Assembly (NCBI GenBank): GCA_965222605.1
Contig: OZ244960.1
Location: 3,680,001 to 3,744,000, forward strand
Origin: Candidatus Latescibacterota bacterium
GTDB lineage: Bacteria; Latescibacterota; UBA2968
Length of the DNA: 64,000 nucleotides
Reading direction: 5' to 3'
Numbering within the stretch: the first letter of the stretch is position 1; every line of letters begins with the position of its first letter. Under the pieces are notes generated by a model that was not told where the DNA came from, did not search any database, and saw only the letters and a list, made by a program, of their open reading frames with translations. This document shows, piece by piece, positions 1 to 9,653 of the stretch. The position numbers and the translations under genes were made by a program.

Positions 1-121
1 GTTCATACATTCGCAGAGACCACGAGCCACGTGTCAATACGTACAATCGTCCCGCCTCGCTTCGCGCTTCATAGTCTGGCAATTCAGTGCGTCTGTGAAA
101 CGCCAAAACTTCTTGTGCCAT
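1..121 (-). CDS. 5' part of a hypothetical protein (MAQEVLAFHRRTELPDYEAR...), runs off the window edge
   Basis: ATG at 121 preceded by a GGGGTGAG RBS-like motif, open to position 1, with a promoter and structured leader upstream. Confidence 0.45.
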   Translation of the reverse strand, partial: MAQEVLAFHRRTELPDYEARSEAGRLYVLTRGSWSLRMYE

Positions 122-281
122 ACTCACCCCATATAAAGAAAGCCCGCGACGGTTGCGGCCAAACACGGCGACTAGGCGCAGAGTTTGCCGTCACGGGCTT
201 TTGTGAATAGATATGAAAAATCCTAGTCTTTTCCCGTATTGGCCGCAACCACATAGTAAGCCCGAAGTGTGCGAAATTCAA
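122..281 (-). promoter_or_regulatory. Sigma70-like promoter and structured 5' leader with mutually exclusive hairpins
   Basis: TTGAAT(281-276)-N17-TACTAT(258-253); GGTTGCGGCCAA...TTGGCCGCAACC competes with AAAGCCCGTGACGG...CCGTCGCGGGCTTTCTTT. Confidence 0.55.
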
Positions 282-390
282 GCGGATTTTTAACCTGCCT
301 GAGAGACAAAAATCAGCAATCCCTTGACGATTCTGAAAAATCGCTGTCAGACGGGTAAGGAACTCTATAGCACTCAGCACATGCTTTATT

Positions 391-2265
391 TTACCCTGAC
401 GTACCAAAACTGTTGGCAAAAATCAGAAAATCTCCGAACCCAATCGTGCCATCGCCATCCAGATCGTACTTTGCGTCGTAATTAGAATCGCCTCGTCTTG
501 TCCCGAACCTCGCTACAAATGCCAAAAAATCTGCAAAATCAACTTGTCCTTTTCCATCAAAGTTGGGCGTGGGTGGTTTTACCTCCAGTATGTTCCATTC
601 TGATACATCCCACATCTTGATCGTTCTATCGTGTGCCCCCGAAGTGAGTGTGTTGCCATTGGGGGAAAACGCAACAGAAGTGACCCCCTCCGTATGTCCT
701 TCAAGCGTGGCGATGGTTTCCCTTGCTGCCACGTCCCACAGCTTGATGGTGTTATCTCTTGCCCCCGAAGCGAGTGTGTTGCCATTGGGGGAAAACGCAA
801 CAGAAGTGACCCCCTCCGTATGTCCTTCAAGCGTGGCGATAGGTTGTCTTGTTGCCACGTCCCACAGCTTGATCGTATTATCTCTTGCCCCTGAACCCGA
901 AGCGAGTGTTTTGCCATCAGGCGAAAACGCAACAGAAGTGATCCCATTTGTAATCACAAACCTTTGTTGTTTTTTCGCCACGTTCCACCGCCCACCAGGT
1001 GGGGTGTAGCGATATATGGTGATAGTTGTTCGTGTTGCCACGTCCCACAGCTTGATCGTTCTATCTTCTCCCCCTGTAGCAAGTGTGTTGCCATCGGGTG
1101 AAAACGCAACAGAAGTGATCCCCTCCGTCCCTCTAAGTGTGGCGATAGTTGTTCGTGTTGCCACGTCCCACAGCTTGATGGTGTTATCTCTTGCCCCCGA
1201 AGCGAGTGTGTTGCCATTGGGGGAATAGGCAACAGACAAGACAAAATCCGTATGCCCTTCTCCCAACGTGTCCACATGTTCCCTTGTTGTCACGTCCCAC
1301 AGTTTAATCGTGTAATCCTTCCACGCCCCTGAAGCAAGTGTGTTGCCATCGGGTGAAAACGCAATAGACAAGACCCCCTCCCCATGCCCTCTAAGCGTGG
1401 CGATATGTGTTCGTGTTGCCACGTCCCACAGCCAGATTGTGTTATCATAAGACACCGAAGCGAGCGTTTTGCCATCAGGTGAAAGCACTACAAAAAAGAG
1501 AGAACCGCCCCCCATGCGCTCCCCCAATGTGGCGATAGGTTCCTTTGTTGCCACGTCCCACAGCCAGATCGTGCTGTCGATTACCCCCGCAAAGAGCGTT
1601 TTGCCATCGGGTGAAAATGCAACAGAATTGACCGTCCCTGTATGTCCTTCAAGTGTAGCGATATGTGTTCGTGTTGTCACGTCCCATAGTCTGACCTTTA
1701 AACCTTCCCCTGCTGTAGCGAGTGTTTTGCCATCGGGTGAAAATGCAACAGAAAGACTGTACCAGCGCCCATGCCCTTCAAGTATCGCGATATGTGTTCG
1801 TGTTACCACGTCCCACAGTCTGCTCGTGCCATCATTCGATCCCGAAGCAAGCGTTTTACCATCGGGTGAAAACGCAATAGATAAGACCCCCTCCTCATGC
1901 CCTCTAAGCGTGGCGATATGTGTTCGTGTTGCCACGTCCCACAGCTTGATTGTATTATCTAATGACCCTGAAGCAAGCGTTTGACCATCAGGTGAAAACG
2001 CAACAGAAGCGACCCCCTCCATATGTCCTTCAAGCGTAGCGATAGGTTCCTTTGTTGCCACGTCCCACAGCTTGATCGTGCTATCTAATGACCCTGAACC
2101 CGAAGCGAGTGTTTTGCCATCAGGCGAAAACGCAACAGACAAGACAGAATCCGTATGCAACTCGCCCAGTGTGGCGATAGGTTCAACCATTACTTGACAA
2201 GGCACGGGTGTTGAAAAGAGTTGCCCCATGATTAGCAAAAAAGCCCCAACGAGTTTGAAACGCAT
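391..2265 (-). CDS. Secreted WD40-repeat beta-propeller protein with C-terminal EF-hand/dockerin-like module
   Basis: 12 repeats of GH..V.SVAFSPDG.TLASG..D.TIKLWDV; signal-like MRFKLVGAFLLIMG at 2265 (ORF open to 2433); C-terminal FDGKGQVDFADF...YDLDGDGTIGFGDF. Confidence 0.9.
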   Translation of the reverse strand: MRFKLVGAFLLIMGQLFSTPVPCQVMVEPIATLGELHTDSVLSVAFSPDGKTLASGSGSLDSTIKLWDVATKEPIATLEGHMEGVASVAFSPDGQTLASGSLDNTIKLWDVATRTHIATLRGHEEGVLSIAFSPDGKTLASGSNDGTSRLWDVVTRTHIAILEGHGRWYSLSVAFSPDGKTLATAGEGLKVRLWDVTTRTHIATLEGHTGTVNSVAFSPDGKTLFAGVIDSTIWLWDVATKEPIATLGERMGGGSLFFVVLSPDGKTLASVSYDNTIWLWDVATRTHIATLRGHGEGVLSIAFSPDGNTLASGAWKDYTIKLWDVTTREHVDTLGEGHTDFVLSVAYSPNGNTLASGARDNTIKLWDVATRTTIATLRGTEGITSVAFSPDGNTLATGGEDRTIKLWDVATRTTITIYRYTPPGGRWNVAKKQQRFVITNGITSVAFSPDGKTLASGSGARDNTIKLWDVATRQPIATLEGHTEGVTSVAFSPNGNTLASGARDNTIKLWDVAARETIATLEGHTEGVTSVAFSPNGNTLTSGAHDRTIKMWDVSEWNILEVKPPTPNFDGKGQVDFADFLAFVARFGTRRGDSNYDAKYDLDGDGTIGFGDFLIFANSFGTSG

Positions 2266-2380
2266 GAAAAATTTCCTTTTCGCCAAGTGTTCTTTGCTAA
2301 TACCCGTCATGGTGTATATCCTGTTCATCTGATTCGGATTTCTGACGAGCCGTAAGGTTGCCCCTCGGCGAGGTTGGCTT

Positions 2381-2767
2381 CTACTGCGCCCGCGGTGTCC
2401 ATTGTGTAATATCACTGTTGTATTCTCTAACAATATCAGGGTTAGATTTGGTGTTTAGCCAATCGCTGAATGATTGTAGTTCAGGGGGCGGAGGTAATAC
2501 TTCTTTCCAAATACAAGGCCCCCTTAGCCATTCGTCATCGGTGTCTGGCATGAATCTGTTGCAAAGCGCATGCAAATTTTGCTCTGCTCCAATCTCGGAG
2601 TCAAAGGAAGGCCCTCTCACAGTGATAGACTCCTCCTCATAGTTACGAATTTCAAATTCTGCGAAATATACAACATTGCCCTCATCCAATTCACCCTGTT
2701 CTATTGGCGCATTCTGCGCTCCTTTCGCGTTCTCGTCTATGTCCGCTTTATGAGGCAAAAGATACAC
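2381..2767 (-). CDS. Hypothetical protein (128 aa), possibly a fragment
   Basis: ORF with plausible acidic composition; no recognised motif. Confidence 0.35.
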   Translation of the reverse strand: MYLLPHKADIDENAKGAQNAPIEQGELDEGNVVYFAEFEIRNYEEESITVRGPSFDSEIGAEQNLHALCNRFMPDTDDEWLRGPCIWKEVLPPPPELQSFSDWLNTKSNPDIVREYNSDITQWTPRAQ

Positions 2768-2971
2768 AAAATGGATTTATTTGCCTAAAAAAGACCGCGT
2801 GTCAGGGAAATTCAAACATGGAATGAGCTTGACACCCAAAGGGAATTTCCTTATCTGTGATTTGAGAGATACAAGCGGATAAACCGACTCACTATCTGAA
2901 ATTATAAAGAGAGGAACAATGCGATGCAATCAGATACGATTGCTTAACCGAGAGGAGCGTCAAGTAAGAAA

Positions 2972-3520
2972 ATGAAAATTCAATTGTTAGTATTGGCAAC
3001 GCTGGTAAGTGTGGTTTTGACGACGGGATATGCAGAGGATGTTGCCGAAGATAATGGTGTTGTGGAGAAAGAAATCATGGAGGCCCAAAAAATTTGGGGC
3101 GAAGCAATTGTCGCTATCGGTGAGGCTTATGCAAAAAAAAAGGACTATAAAGCGCTGGCCGAAAAGATCGTGGATACGTTATATGGTTATGATGAAGGCG
3201 TGGTTCTGTTTAAGCCCACGAAGGCGTCAGACAAACAGTTTCGTTTAACAGAAGAAGAGGCCGTATCTTACTTTGTGACTGGTATCGTATCTGAAGATCG
3301 CGGTTTTGCCATTCAGCCGTGGCGCAAAGTCCGATTTGAGAACGCAGGCATCGTCGTTGATGGCGACTCGGCCATCGCAATGGGGAATTACTATTTTACA
3401 GACGCGAATACTGGAAAAGAAGCCAAAGTGGAGTTCACATTTGGCTATTTTATGGACGAGAATGGCAAGTTGCGTATCAATGTACATCACTCGTCATTTC
3501 CGTACATACCGATACCTTAA
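2972..3520 (+). CDS. Exported COG4337/NTF2-like protein, candidate iota-class carbonic anhydrase
   Basis: Signal peptide; motifs VLFKPTKA, SYF, GFA..PW..VRFEN, AMGNYYF, KVEFTFGY and C-terminal HHSSxPY. Confidence 0.75.
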   Translation: MKIQLLVLATLVSVVLTTGYAEDVAEDNGVVEKEIMEAQKIWGEAIVAIGEAYAKKKDYKALAEKIVDTLYGYDEGVVLFKPTKASDKQFRLTEEEAVSYFVTGIVSEDRGFAIQPWRKVRFENAGIVVDGDSAIAMGNYYFTDANTGKEAKVEFTFGYFMDENGKLRINVHHSSFPYIPIP

Positions 3521-3606
3521 ATCTAACTGATGGCAGACTCATCCGATTTGCGAAAGCTAATTTTTAAAAAAAGAAACCCGCAATTGTTCTTGTATATGAG
3601 GCGCTT

Positions 3607-3855
3607 CTACAGAAACTTCAAGATAGCAGCAAAAGCCAATAGCGCAGCAATCGTTGTGGGAACATACCACTTTATCAAATCGTCAATTCGGGCATTGATC
3701 CGCGCTTCGAGATTGGCTTGTCCCTGCTTAAGGTCTTTCAGGTCCTGTTTCATATCTGATAGCTGTTCCTTGATAAATTCCATGTTCGTCTCAAGGGTTG
3801 TTATCCGTTGACCCTGTTCAGCCGTTGCGTTGTTATTTGTGGTGTCCGCATCCAT
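3607..3855 (-). CDS. Small coiled-coil protein with C-terminal TM helix (DUF1640/Bdr-like architecture)
   Basis: Heptad-like LETNMEFIKEQLSDMKQDLKDLK followed by a hydrophobic tail; AAGGAG RBS. Confidence 0.7.
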   Translation of the reverse strand: MDADTTNNNATAEQGQRITTLETNMEFIKEQLSDMKQDLKDLKQGQANLEARINARIDDLIKWYVPTTIAALLAFAAILKFL

Positions 3856-3949
3856 TGTTATATCTCCTTTTAAGTGTGGATGATTACGTAACTAAATGGA
3901 ATATAAGAAAAATTTAATTTTGGTGAATATTTTTCTTTTTCGCGTTGCC

Positions 3950-4063
3950 TTATACATTCATAAAAGCGCGGCGCTCGGGTGTTAATCGGTCGATTGAGAG
4001 TGCCTGCTCGAGGACCAAATACCCTCTCAGGTCAAATAAATAATCTTCCATCTCTGTTGGCAT
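3950..4063 (-). pseudogene. 37-codon remnant of a PhyH-family dioxygenase, probably internally deleted
   Basis: MPTEMEDYLFDLRGYLVLEQALS resembles a PhyH N-terminus and joins directly to DRLTPERRAF; RBS present. Confidence 0.55.
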
Positions 4064-4086
4064 AATATTCCTTCTGTTCTCAGTAA

Positions 4087-5511
4087 TTAACTGATCAGTG
4101 CTCGCGCAGCGCGGGCGGCCATATCCCAGAAGGGGCCGGGGAGCGTGCCCATTGCGATTACGAGGATGATGGTCGCTATTGCGGTGACGGCGATGAGGGG
4201 CGTGGGTTTGATGGTGTTCTGAGTGGTGGGTTCTGCCCAGTAGAGTTGGCGGATGATAAGGAGATAATAATACAGGGCGACCGCGGCGTTGATGGCGGCG
4301 ATGAGGACGAGATAGAATTGACCGCGTTGGAGGGCGGCAGAAAAGAGGAACCATTTGCCGACAAAACCCACAGTGGGGGGTAGGCCAATGAGTCCAAACA
4401 GGCCGATGAGCAAGGTGAATGAGAGGAATGGCGCGCGTTTGTAAAGGCCAGATACGGAGTCGATGGTGATGCGGTCTTCGCTGCGACCGATTTCGCAGAT
4501 GACGAGGAAACATGCAAAAGACATGGCAAAGTAGCCAATGGCGTAAAAGAGGGCAGCCGTAAGACCCCATTCGGCGAAGGTTTGCAGGGCGAGTAGCACA
4601 TAACCGGCGTGGGCGACTGTAGAGTATCCGAGCAGGCGTTTGAGGTCTTTTTGCGCGAGTGCGGCCAGGTTGCCCAGGGTCATTGCGATGATGCTTGCCC
4701 ACATGAGCGCGGTTTGGGCGTGTCCCGATTCCCAGCCGCCGGGCATGGCCAGGGACAACAAGCGGCAGAGGATGCCGATGGCGGCGATTTTGGAAACGGT
4801 GGCGATGAATGTGATCACTGGATGGGGCGCGGTTTCATAGGTGTCGGGTGCCCAAAAGTGGAAGGGGAATGCGCCGAGTTTGAAGAAGAAGCCAGCGAGT
4901 GTGAGCAACAGACCCAGGTAGAAGATGGGTTGCGCGGTGGCGTGTGGGATGCTGATGGCGGAGAAGTAGGTGGAGCCAAATGTGCCGAAGAGGAAGCTCA
5001 TGCCGTAGAGTGAGATAGCTGAGGCAACCATACCCTGTACCATGTATTTGGCGGCACTTTCCCCGCCGATGTCCGCATTGCGGTGAAGAGCAACGACGAT
5101 ATAGACGGGGTAGGCGGCCAATTCCATGGCGACATAGAGGGTGAGAAGTTCGGTCGCGCTGACCATCATCATCATGCCGAGTGTGGAAAAGATAAAAAAG
5201 AGGGGGACCTCGAGCCAACCATTGCGGTCAACTGTGAGAGGGTTGGCGCTGGCGATGACGACAAATAAGAATCCGACTGCGAGTGCTGTTTTGATCAGTT
5301 GGGAAAAGAAGTCAACCGCGTATATACCCGGGAAGAAGGGTTCGCCTTCAAGGGATAGGGTCCAGAGACAGGCGACGATCATGGCTATGCCGGATGCTAT
5401 GGCAATGCCCCGGGTGGTGGGGTAGGACCAGCTGAGCACTGTAGCAAAAAAGAGCACGAGGCCCATGATCAGACAAATAAGTTCTGGTGCGAAGAGTATA
5501 GCGTTTTCCAT
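4087..5511 (-). CDS. nuoN: NADH-quinone oxidoreductase subunit N
   Basis: FKLGAFPFHFWAPDTY, KRLLGYSTVAHAGY; operon position. Confidence 0.95.
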   Translation of the reverse strand: MENAILFAPELICLIMGLVLFFATVLSWSYPTTRGIAIASGIAMIVACLWTLSLEGEPFFPGIYAVDFFSQLIKTALAVGFLFVVIASANPLTVDRNGWLEVPLFFIFSTLGMMMMVSATELLTLYVAMELAAYPVYIVVALHRNADIGGESAAKYMVQGMVASAISLYGMSFLFGTFGSTYFSAISIPHATAQPIFYLGLLLTLAGFFFKLGAFPFHFWAPDTYETAPHPVITFIATVSKIAAIGILCRLLSLAMPGGWESGHAQTALMWASIIAMTLGNLAALAQKDLKRLLGYSTVAHAGYVLLALQTFAEWGLTAALFYAIGYFAMSFACFLVICEIGRSEDRITIDSVSGLYKRAPFLSFTLLIGLFGLIGLPPTVGFVGKWFLFSAALQRGQFYLVLIAAINAAVALYYYLLIIRQLYWAEPTTQNTIKPTPLIAVTAIATIILVIAMGTLPGPFWDMAARAARALIS

Positions 5512-5512
5512 G

Positions 5513-6988
5513 TTAGAAATTACCTAAAAAAGCCATTGTGGTGCTGTTGATCAGGTCGAGCATGAGGCGGGGGACAAAGCCGAAGATCACGAGTACGGCG
5601 ATTAGTATGGCACGCGGTAGCAGGTGCAGGCCAGACATGTCCTGTGCTTTCAGATTTTCCCATTTCGGATTTGGTGCGCCAAAAAAGGCCAGATTGAAGA
5701 CGCGCAAGATGTAAACCGCGGTGAGTACGAGGCCCAGGATGACGATGATGCCGAGAATGGGGTACGTTTTCAGGGCTGCGAGGAAGACGAGTAATTCGGC
5801 CCAAAAGCTCGCCAGGCCGGGTAGCCCAGCACCACACAGGCCCGCGACGATGAAGATGGAGACTGCGCGGGGCATCTGTGTGCCAAGGCCACCAAAGTCG
5901 GTAATAGTTTTGGAGTGGGACTTGTCGTAGATATATCCGGCGGTGCTGAAAAATAGAGCGGTCATAATGCCGTGGGCAAACATCTGGAAAACAGCACCGT
6001 TGAGGGCGTCGGTAGCAACGACTGAGCCGAGGACAGCGAGGTTGAGGCCGAGGAGAACAATGCCCATGTGAGATACAGATGAAAAGCCGATTACAAATTT
6101 GAAGTCGGTTTGTCGCATGGCGACATAAGCACCGTAGATGATCCCAATGACGGCCAATACCACGAAGGTCGGTGCCCAGTACGCAGCACCTTCGGGCAGC
6201 AGACGAATGCCCACTGTGAGTATGCCATAAGCGCCGAGTTTCATCAGGACACCCGCGTGTAGCATGGAAACTGCAGATGGCGCAGCAACATGGCCTGTGG
6301 GCGACCAGCCGTGGAAGGGGAACAGGCCTGCTAAGACGCCAAAGCCAATGTAGATGAAGGGATAGACAAATATTTGGAATTGGGGATCGAATGTGTGCGA
6401 TGATAAGGCAATGATATCAAAGGTGTTGAGGCCCGATTGGTGATAGATGGCGAGAAGGCTGGGAAAGAGGAGCGCGCTGCCGGCGAGGAGGAAGAGCATG
6501 AGTTTCATCCCGGCGTATGCTCTGTTGCCGCTGCCCCATATCAGGATGAGGGGATACATGGGCACGACAGCGATTTCGTAAAAGAAGAAGAAGAAGAAGA
6601 GGTCCAGCGACATGAAGACGCCAAAGACGCCGATGACGAGGAGTACCATAAAGGCGAAATATTCTTTGACGCGCTCTTCGAGGTCCCACATGGTGAGTAC
6701 CCCGGTGAAATAGACGATGGAATTGAGCATTACGAGGATGACGCCAAATCCGTCAACGCCGAGGTGATAGGAAATACCAATGGCTGCGACCCAGGGGATT
6801 ATTTCTTCAAATTGAATACCGCCGGTTGTGGGATCATAACCCGTCCAGAGTTGCAAACTCAGCACACAGGTCAACAGACCGCTGAGGGCGCATATCAGCC
6901 GAATGCCCCGCACAGCCCTTTGGGGCATGAGCAAAAGGATGATGAGCGTGACGACGGGAATGAGAAGTATAGATGAAAGAAGTGGCAT
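5513..6988 (-). CDS. nuoM: NADH-quinone oxidoreductase subunit M
   Basis: YHLGVDG, FPFHGWSP, AGVLMKLGAYG, SSVSHMG. Confidence 0.95.
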   Translation of the reverse strand: MPLLSSILLIPVVTLIILLLMPQRAVRGIRLICALSGLLTCVLSLQLWTGYDPTTGGIQFEEIIPWVAAIGISYHLGVDGFGVILVMLNSIVYFTGVLTMWDLEERVKEYFAFMVLLVIGVFGVFMSLDLFFFFFFYEIAVVPMYPLILIWGSGNRAYAGMKLMLFLLAGSALLFPSLLAIYHQSGLNTFDIIALSSHTFDPQFQIFVYPFIYIGFGVLAGLFPFHGWSPTGHVAAPSAVSMLHAGVLMKLGAYGILTVGIRLLPEGAAYWAPTFVVLAVIGIIYGAYVAMRQTDFKFVIGFSSVSHMGIVLLGLNLAVLGSVVATDALNGAVFQMFAHGIMTALFFSTAGYIYDKSHSKTITDFGGLGTQMPRAVSIFIVAGLCGAGLPGLASFWAELLVFLAALKTYPILGIIVILGLVLTAVYILRVFNLAFFGAPNPKWENLKAQDMSGLHLLPRAILIAVLVIFGFVPRLMLDLINSTTMAFLGNF

Positions 6989-6991
6989 ATT

Positions 6992-8818
6992 TTATCGCAA
7001 TCCCAGATAAAGCGCGACAACGGCTAATAAAATAATTGCCCAGCCCAGGTAGAGTTGCATCCAGCCACCCTGTACGCGGGTTGATTTCGCGCCCGTGCGC
7101 AAGATGCCGAGGCCAAAGCGGTCGTAGTTTCCGTCGAGGACGTGGTTTTCTATCCAGTGCAAGATGCGAGATAGTGTGTGGGTGATGGCGACGATGGTGA
7201 CGCGGTAGATGTCGTCGATGTACCATTTGTTTGTGAATAGGGTGTTGAGTGGCGCGATTTTGCTGATGAATCCCGTGCGCGACGCGTTATCGCGCCCATA
7301 GTCGAAATAGGCGATCAGGATGCCGAGGATTACGACTCCTACGGTGGGGATCAGCAAATATATGCTGTGGTGCTGTGGTATGAGGTCGAGGCCATGAGCG
7401 ATGTTGGAGCCAAAAAAGCCGAGTACGATTGCGCCCAGGGTGAGGAGCAAGACGGGGAGTTTCATGTTCATGGGTTCGGGATGGCTGTGATCGGAGGCAG
7501 GTGCCTGATCGGGTTTTGTGATGAGGAAAACCATGCGGAATGTGTAATAGGCGGTGAGAAAGGCCGCTAAAAATGCACCGGCCATGTAGATGTTAAAGCC
7601 ATTGTGACCGAGTTGGGCAAAAATTTCTTCTTTGCTCCAGAATCCCGCCAATGGGGGAATGCCGGATAGGGCCGCGCCACCGATGATGAGGCCAAGGGTC
7701 GCAGCTTTGAGGCGGCGGCCTCCACTGCGGCCAATTTCGGCCATGCTATTGGTGTGATAGGCGTGAATGTAAATGCCCGAGCAGAGGAAGAGCAGGGCTT
7801 TGAAGACGGCATGGGTGATCAGGTGAAATACACCGGCGAAGAGGCTGCCGGCAGCGAGTGCCATGATCATAAAGCCGAGTTGGCTGATGGACGAATAGGC
7901 GAGTACTTTTTTGATGTCGGTATCGACCATTGCAATGGTCGATGAGAGGATTGCGGTGAAGGTGGCGATGCTCAGGACGATGAGTGCTGTGTCTTGCGCC
8001 GCCATAAAGAGCGGGTGCAGACGGATCATGAGAAAGACGCCTGCGGCGACCATGGTGGCAGAGTGCAACAGGGCACTGACCGGTGTGGGGCCTTCCATTG
8101 CGTCGGGCAGCCAGGTGTGTAATGGGAATTGCGCGCTTTTGCCCATGATGCCAATGAAGATGAGCAGTGTGATTGCGTTGAGCATGCCGGGCGATATCTG
8201 GGTTGAGAGGCCAGATTGAGGGTCTAAGAGGCTGGGGATATCGAAGTTCTGAACGAGTTGAAGGATGATCAGAATGCCGATGAAGAGGCCGACGTCGCCC
8301 ACGCGGGTCATGAGAAAGGCTTTGCGCGCAGCCCCGGCTGCTTCGGGTTTTTCAAACCAGAAACCGATGAGGAAGAAAGAAGACAGGCCGACGAGTTCCC
8401 AAAATATGAAAGACTGCAAGAGATCGACGGCATAGACAAAGCTGAGCATGGACCAGGCAAAGAAACTGAGCATTGCAAAATAGCGCGTTTTGCCCGGGTC
8501 GCTCGCCATGTAGCCGATTGAATAGAGCATGATGCAGGCGGTGATGAAAGCGACGACAACGCCAAACATGAGGCTTGCACCATCGAGAATGAAGCCAAAT
8601 TGGAGTTGTATTGCACCGCTTTGGAACCACAAAAAACGAAGGGGCTCAACAGGTCCTTGTACGAGAAGGCCGATGGCTGCAAAAAGGGATACTGTGCTGC
8701 CGAATAGGACCAGTCCCTGAGCTATTCGGGGTTGTTGCGCGAGAAATATGATGGCAATGACAAAACACGCCAGGGGGGAAATTGTGGTTAAAAGTATGAG
8801 TGAGAGAGTGTCCATCAA
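6992..8818 (-). CDS. nuoL: NADH-quinone oxidoreductase subunit L
   Basis: GKSAQFPLHTWLPDAMEGPTPVSALLHSATMVAAG. Confidence 0.95.
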   Translation of the reverse strand: MMDTLSLILLTTISPLACFVIAIIFLAQQPRIAQGLVLFGSTVSLFAAIGLLVQGPVEPLRFLWFQSGAIQLQFGFILDGASLMFGVVVAFITACIMLYSIGYMASDPGKTRYFAMLSFFAWSMLSFVYAVDLLQSFIFWELVGLSSFFLIGFWFEKPEAAGAARKAFLMTRVGDVGLFIGILIILQLVQNFDIPSLLDPQSGLSTQISPGMLNAITLLIFIGIMGKSAQFPLHTWLPDAMEGPTPVSALLHSATMVAAGVFLMIRLHPLFMAAQDTALIVLSIATFTAILSSTIAMVDTDIKKVLAYSSISQLGFMIMALAAGSLFAGVFHLITHAVFKALLFLCSGIYIHAYHTNSMAEIGRSGGRRLKAATLGLIIGGAALSGIPPLAGFWSKEEIFAQLGHNGFNIYMAGAFLAAFLTAYYTFRMVFLITKPDQAPASDHSHPEPMNMKLPVLLLTLGAIVLGFFGSNIAHGLDLIPQHHSIYLLIPTVGVVILGILIAYFDYGRDNASRTGFISKIAPLNTLFTNKWYIDDIYRVTIVAITHTLSRILHWIENHVLDGNYDRFGLGILRTGAKSTRVQGGWMQLYLGWAIILLAVVALYLGLR

Positions 8819-9120
8819 CCGCTCAATTTGGTGAGTTTTTCCGCATCAATATCGCGATACGCCCGATAGATGCGCAGGATAATCGATAAAAAGATAGCGA
8901 CTTCGGCGGCTGCCAGTCCAATGATGATGAGGACGAAGATCTGACCGGTCGTTGGATCGGTGACGACGAACCGGTTAAAGGCCATCAGGTTTAGGCTGGC
9001 GGCATTCATCATGAGTTCGATGCCGATGAGCAGGGCAATGAGGTTGCGGTGGGATAGTGCGCCGATCAAACCGAGTGAAAACAGGGCAGCGCCCACCAGC
9101 AGATAAGATTCGAGGGTCAC
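8815..9120 (-). CDS. nuoK: NADH-quinone oxidoreductase subunit K
   Basis: IELMMNAA, GLAAAEVAI; GTG start at 9120 inferred. Confidence 0.92.
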   Translation of the reverse strand: MTLESYLLVGAALFSLGLIGALSHRNLIALLIGIELMMNAASLNLMAFNRFVVTDPTTGQIFVLIIIGLAAAEVAIFLSIILRIYRAYRDIDAEKLTKLSG

Positions 9121-9139
9121 GTTTTTTCCTTTGCTAAGC

Positions 9140-9640
9140 TCATGTCGAAGCCTTGCGGGCAATCAAGATGGCACCGATGATGGCCAGGAGTAAAACGAGG
9201 GAGAGGGTTTCAAAGACGAGATTGTAATGCGTGAGCAATGCATGGCCCAACGCGCCCACAGACCAGGCTTTTTCCGATGCTGGGGATGCGATTTGTTGGA
9301 ATTGCGCGCCGCGGATTAGATGGGCGACTGCGCCAAAAAAAATCACGGCACAGGCAATGGCGAAGCCGAGTTTTCGGGGATCGGGATTGGGCGGACGAAT
9401 GGACATGGCAATCGAGAGCATCATGGCAAATACAATGGCAACGGTTATGCCGCCAATATAGATGAGTACTTGCATTGCCGCGACAAATGCGCTGCCGAGG
9501 TTGAGAAATAGCCCCGCCAGTCCCAACAGACTGATACCCAGACCAATGATGGCGTAGAGTATCGGACGAGAAAATGCCGCTATAAATCCACCGATGAGGA
9601 CGAGGGCTACAAATGTGTAAATGACAGCTTGCTCGAGCAT
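9140..9640 (-). CDS. nuoJ: NADH-quinone oxidoreductase subunit J
   Basis: QVLIYIGGITV, FETLSLVLLLAIIGAI. Confidence 0.92.
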   Translation of the reverse strand: MLEQAVIYTFVALVLIGGFIAAFSRPILYAIIGLGISLLGLAGLFLNLGSAFVAAMQVLIYIGGITVAIVFAMMLSIAMSIRPPNPDPRKLGFAIACAVIFFGAVAHLIRGAQFQQIASPASEKAWSVGALGHALLTHYNLVFETLSLVLLLAIIGAILIARKAST

Positions 9641-9653
9641 TGTTGTTCTCCGA

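Noticed and set aside
600-2180. CRISPR array or DGR template/variable repeat in the repetitive DNA (also 45480-45880)
   Set aside because: The repeats are in-frame protein repeats without unique spacers; no cas or reverse transcriptase gene is present in the window.
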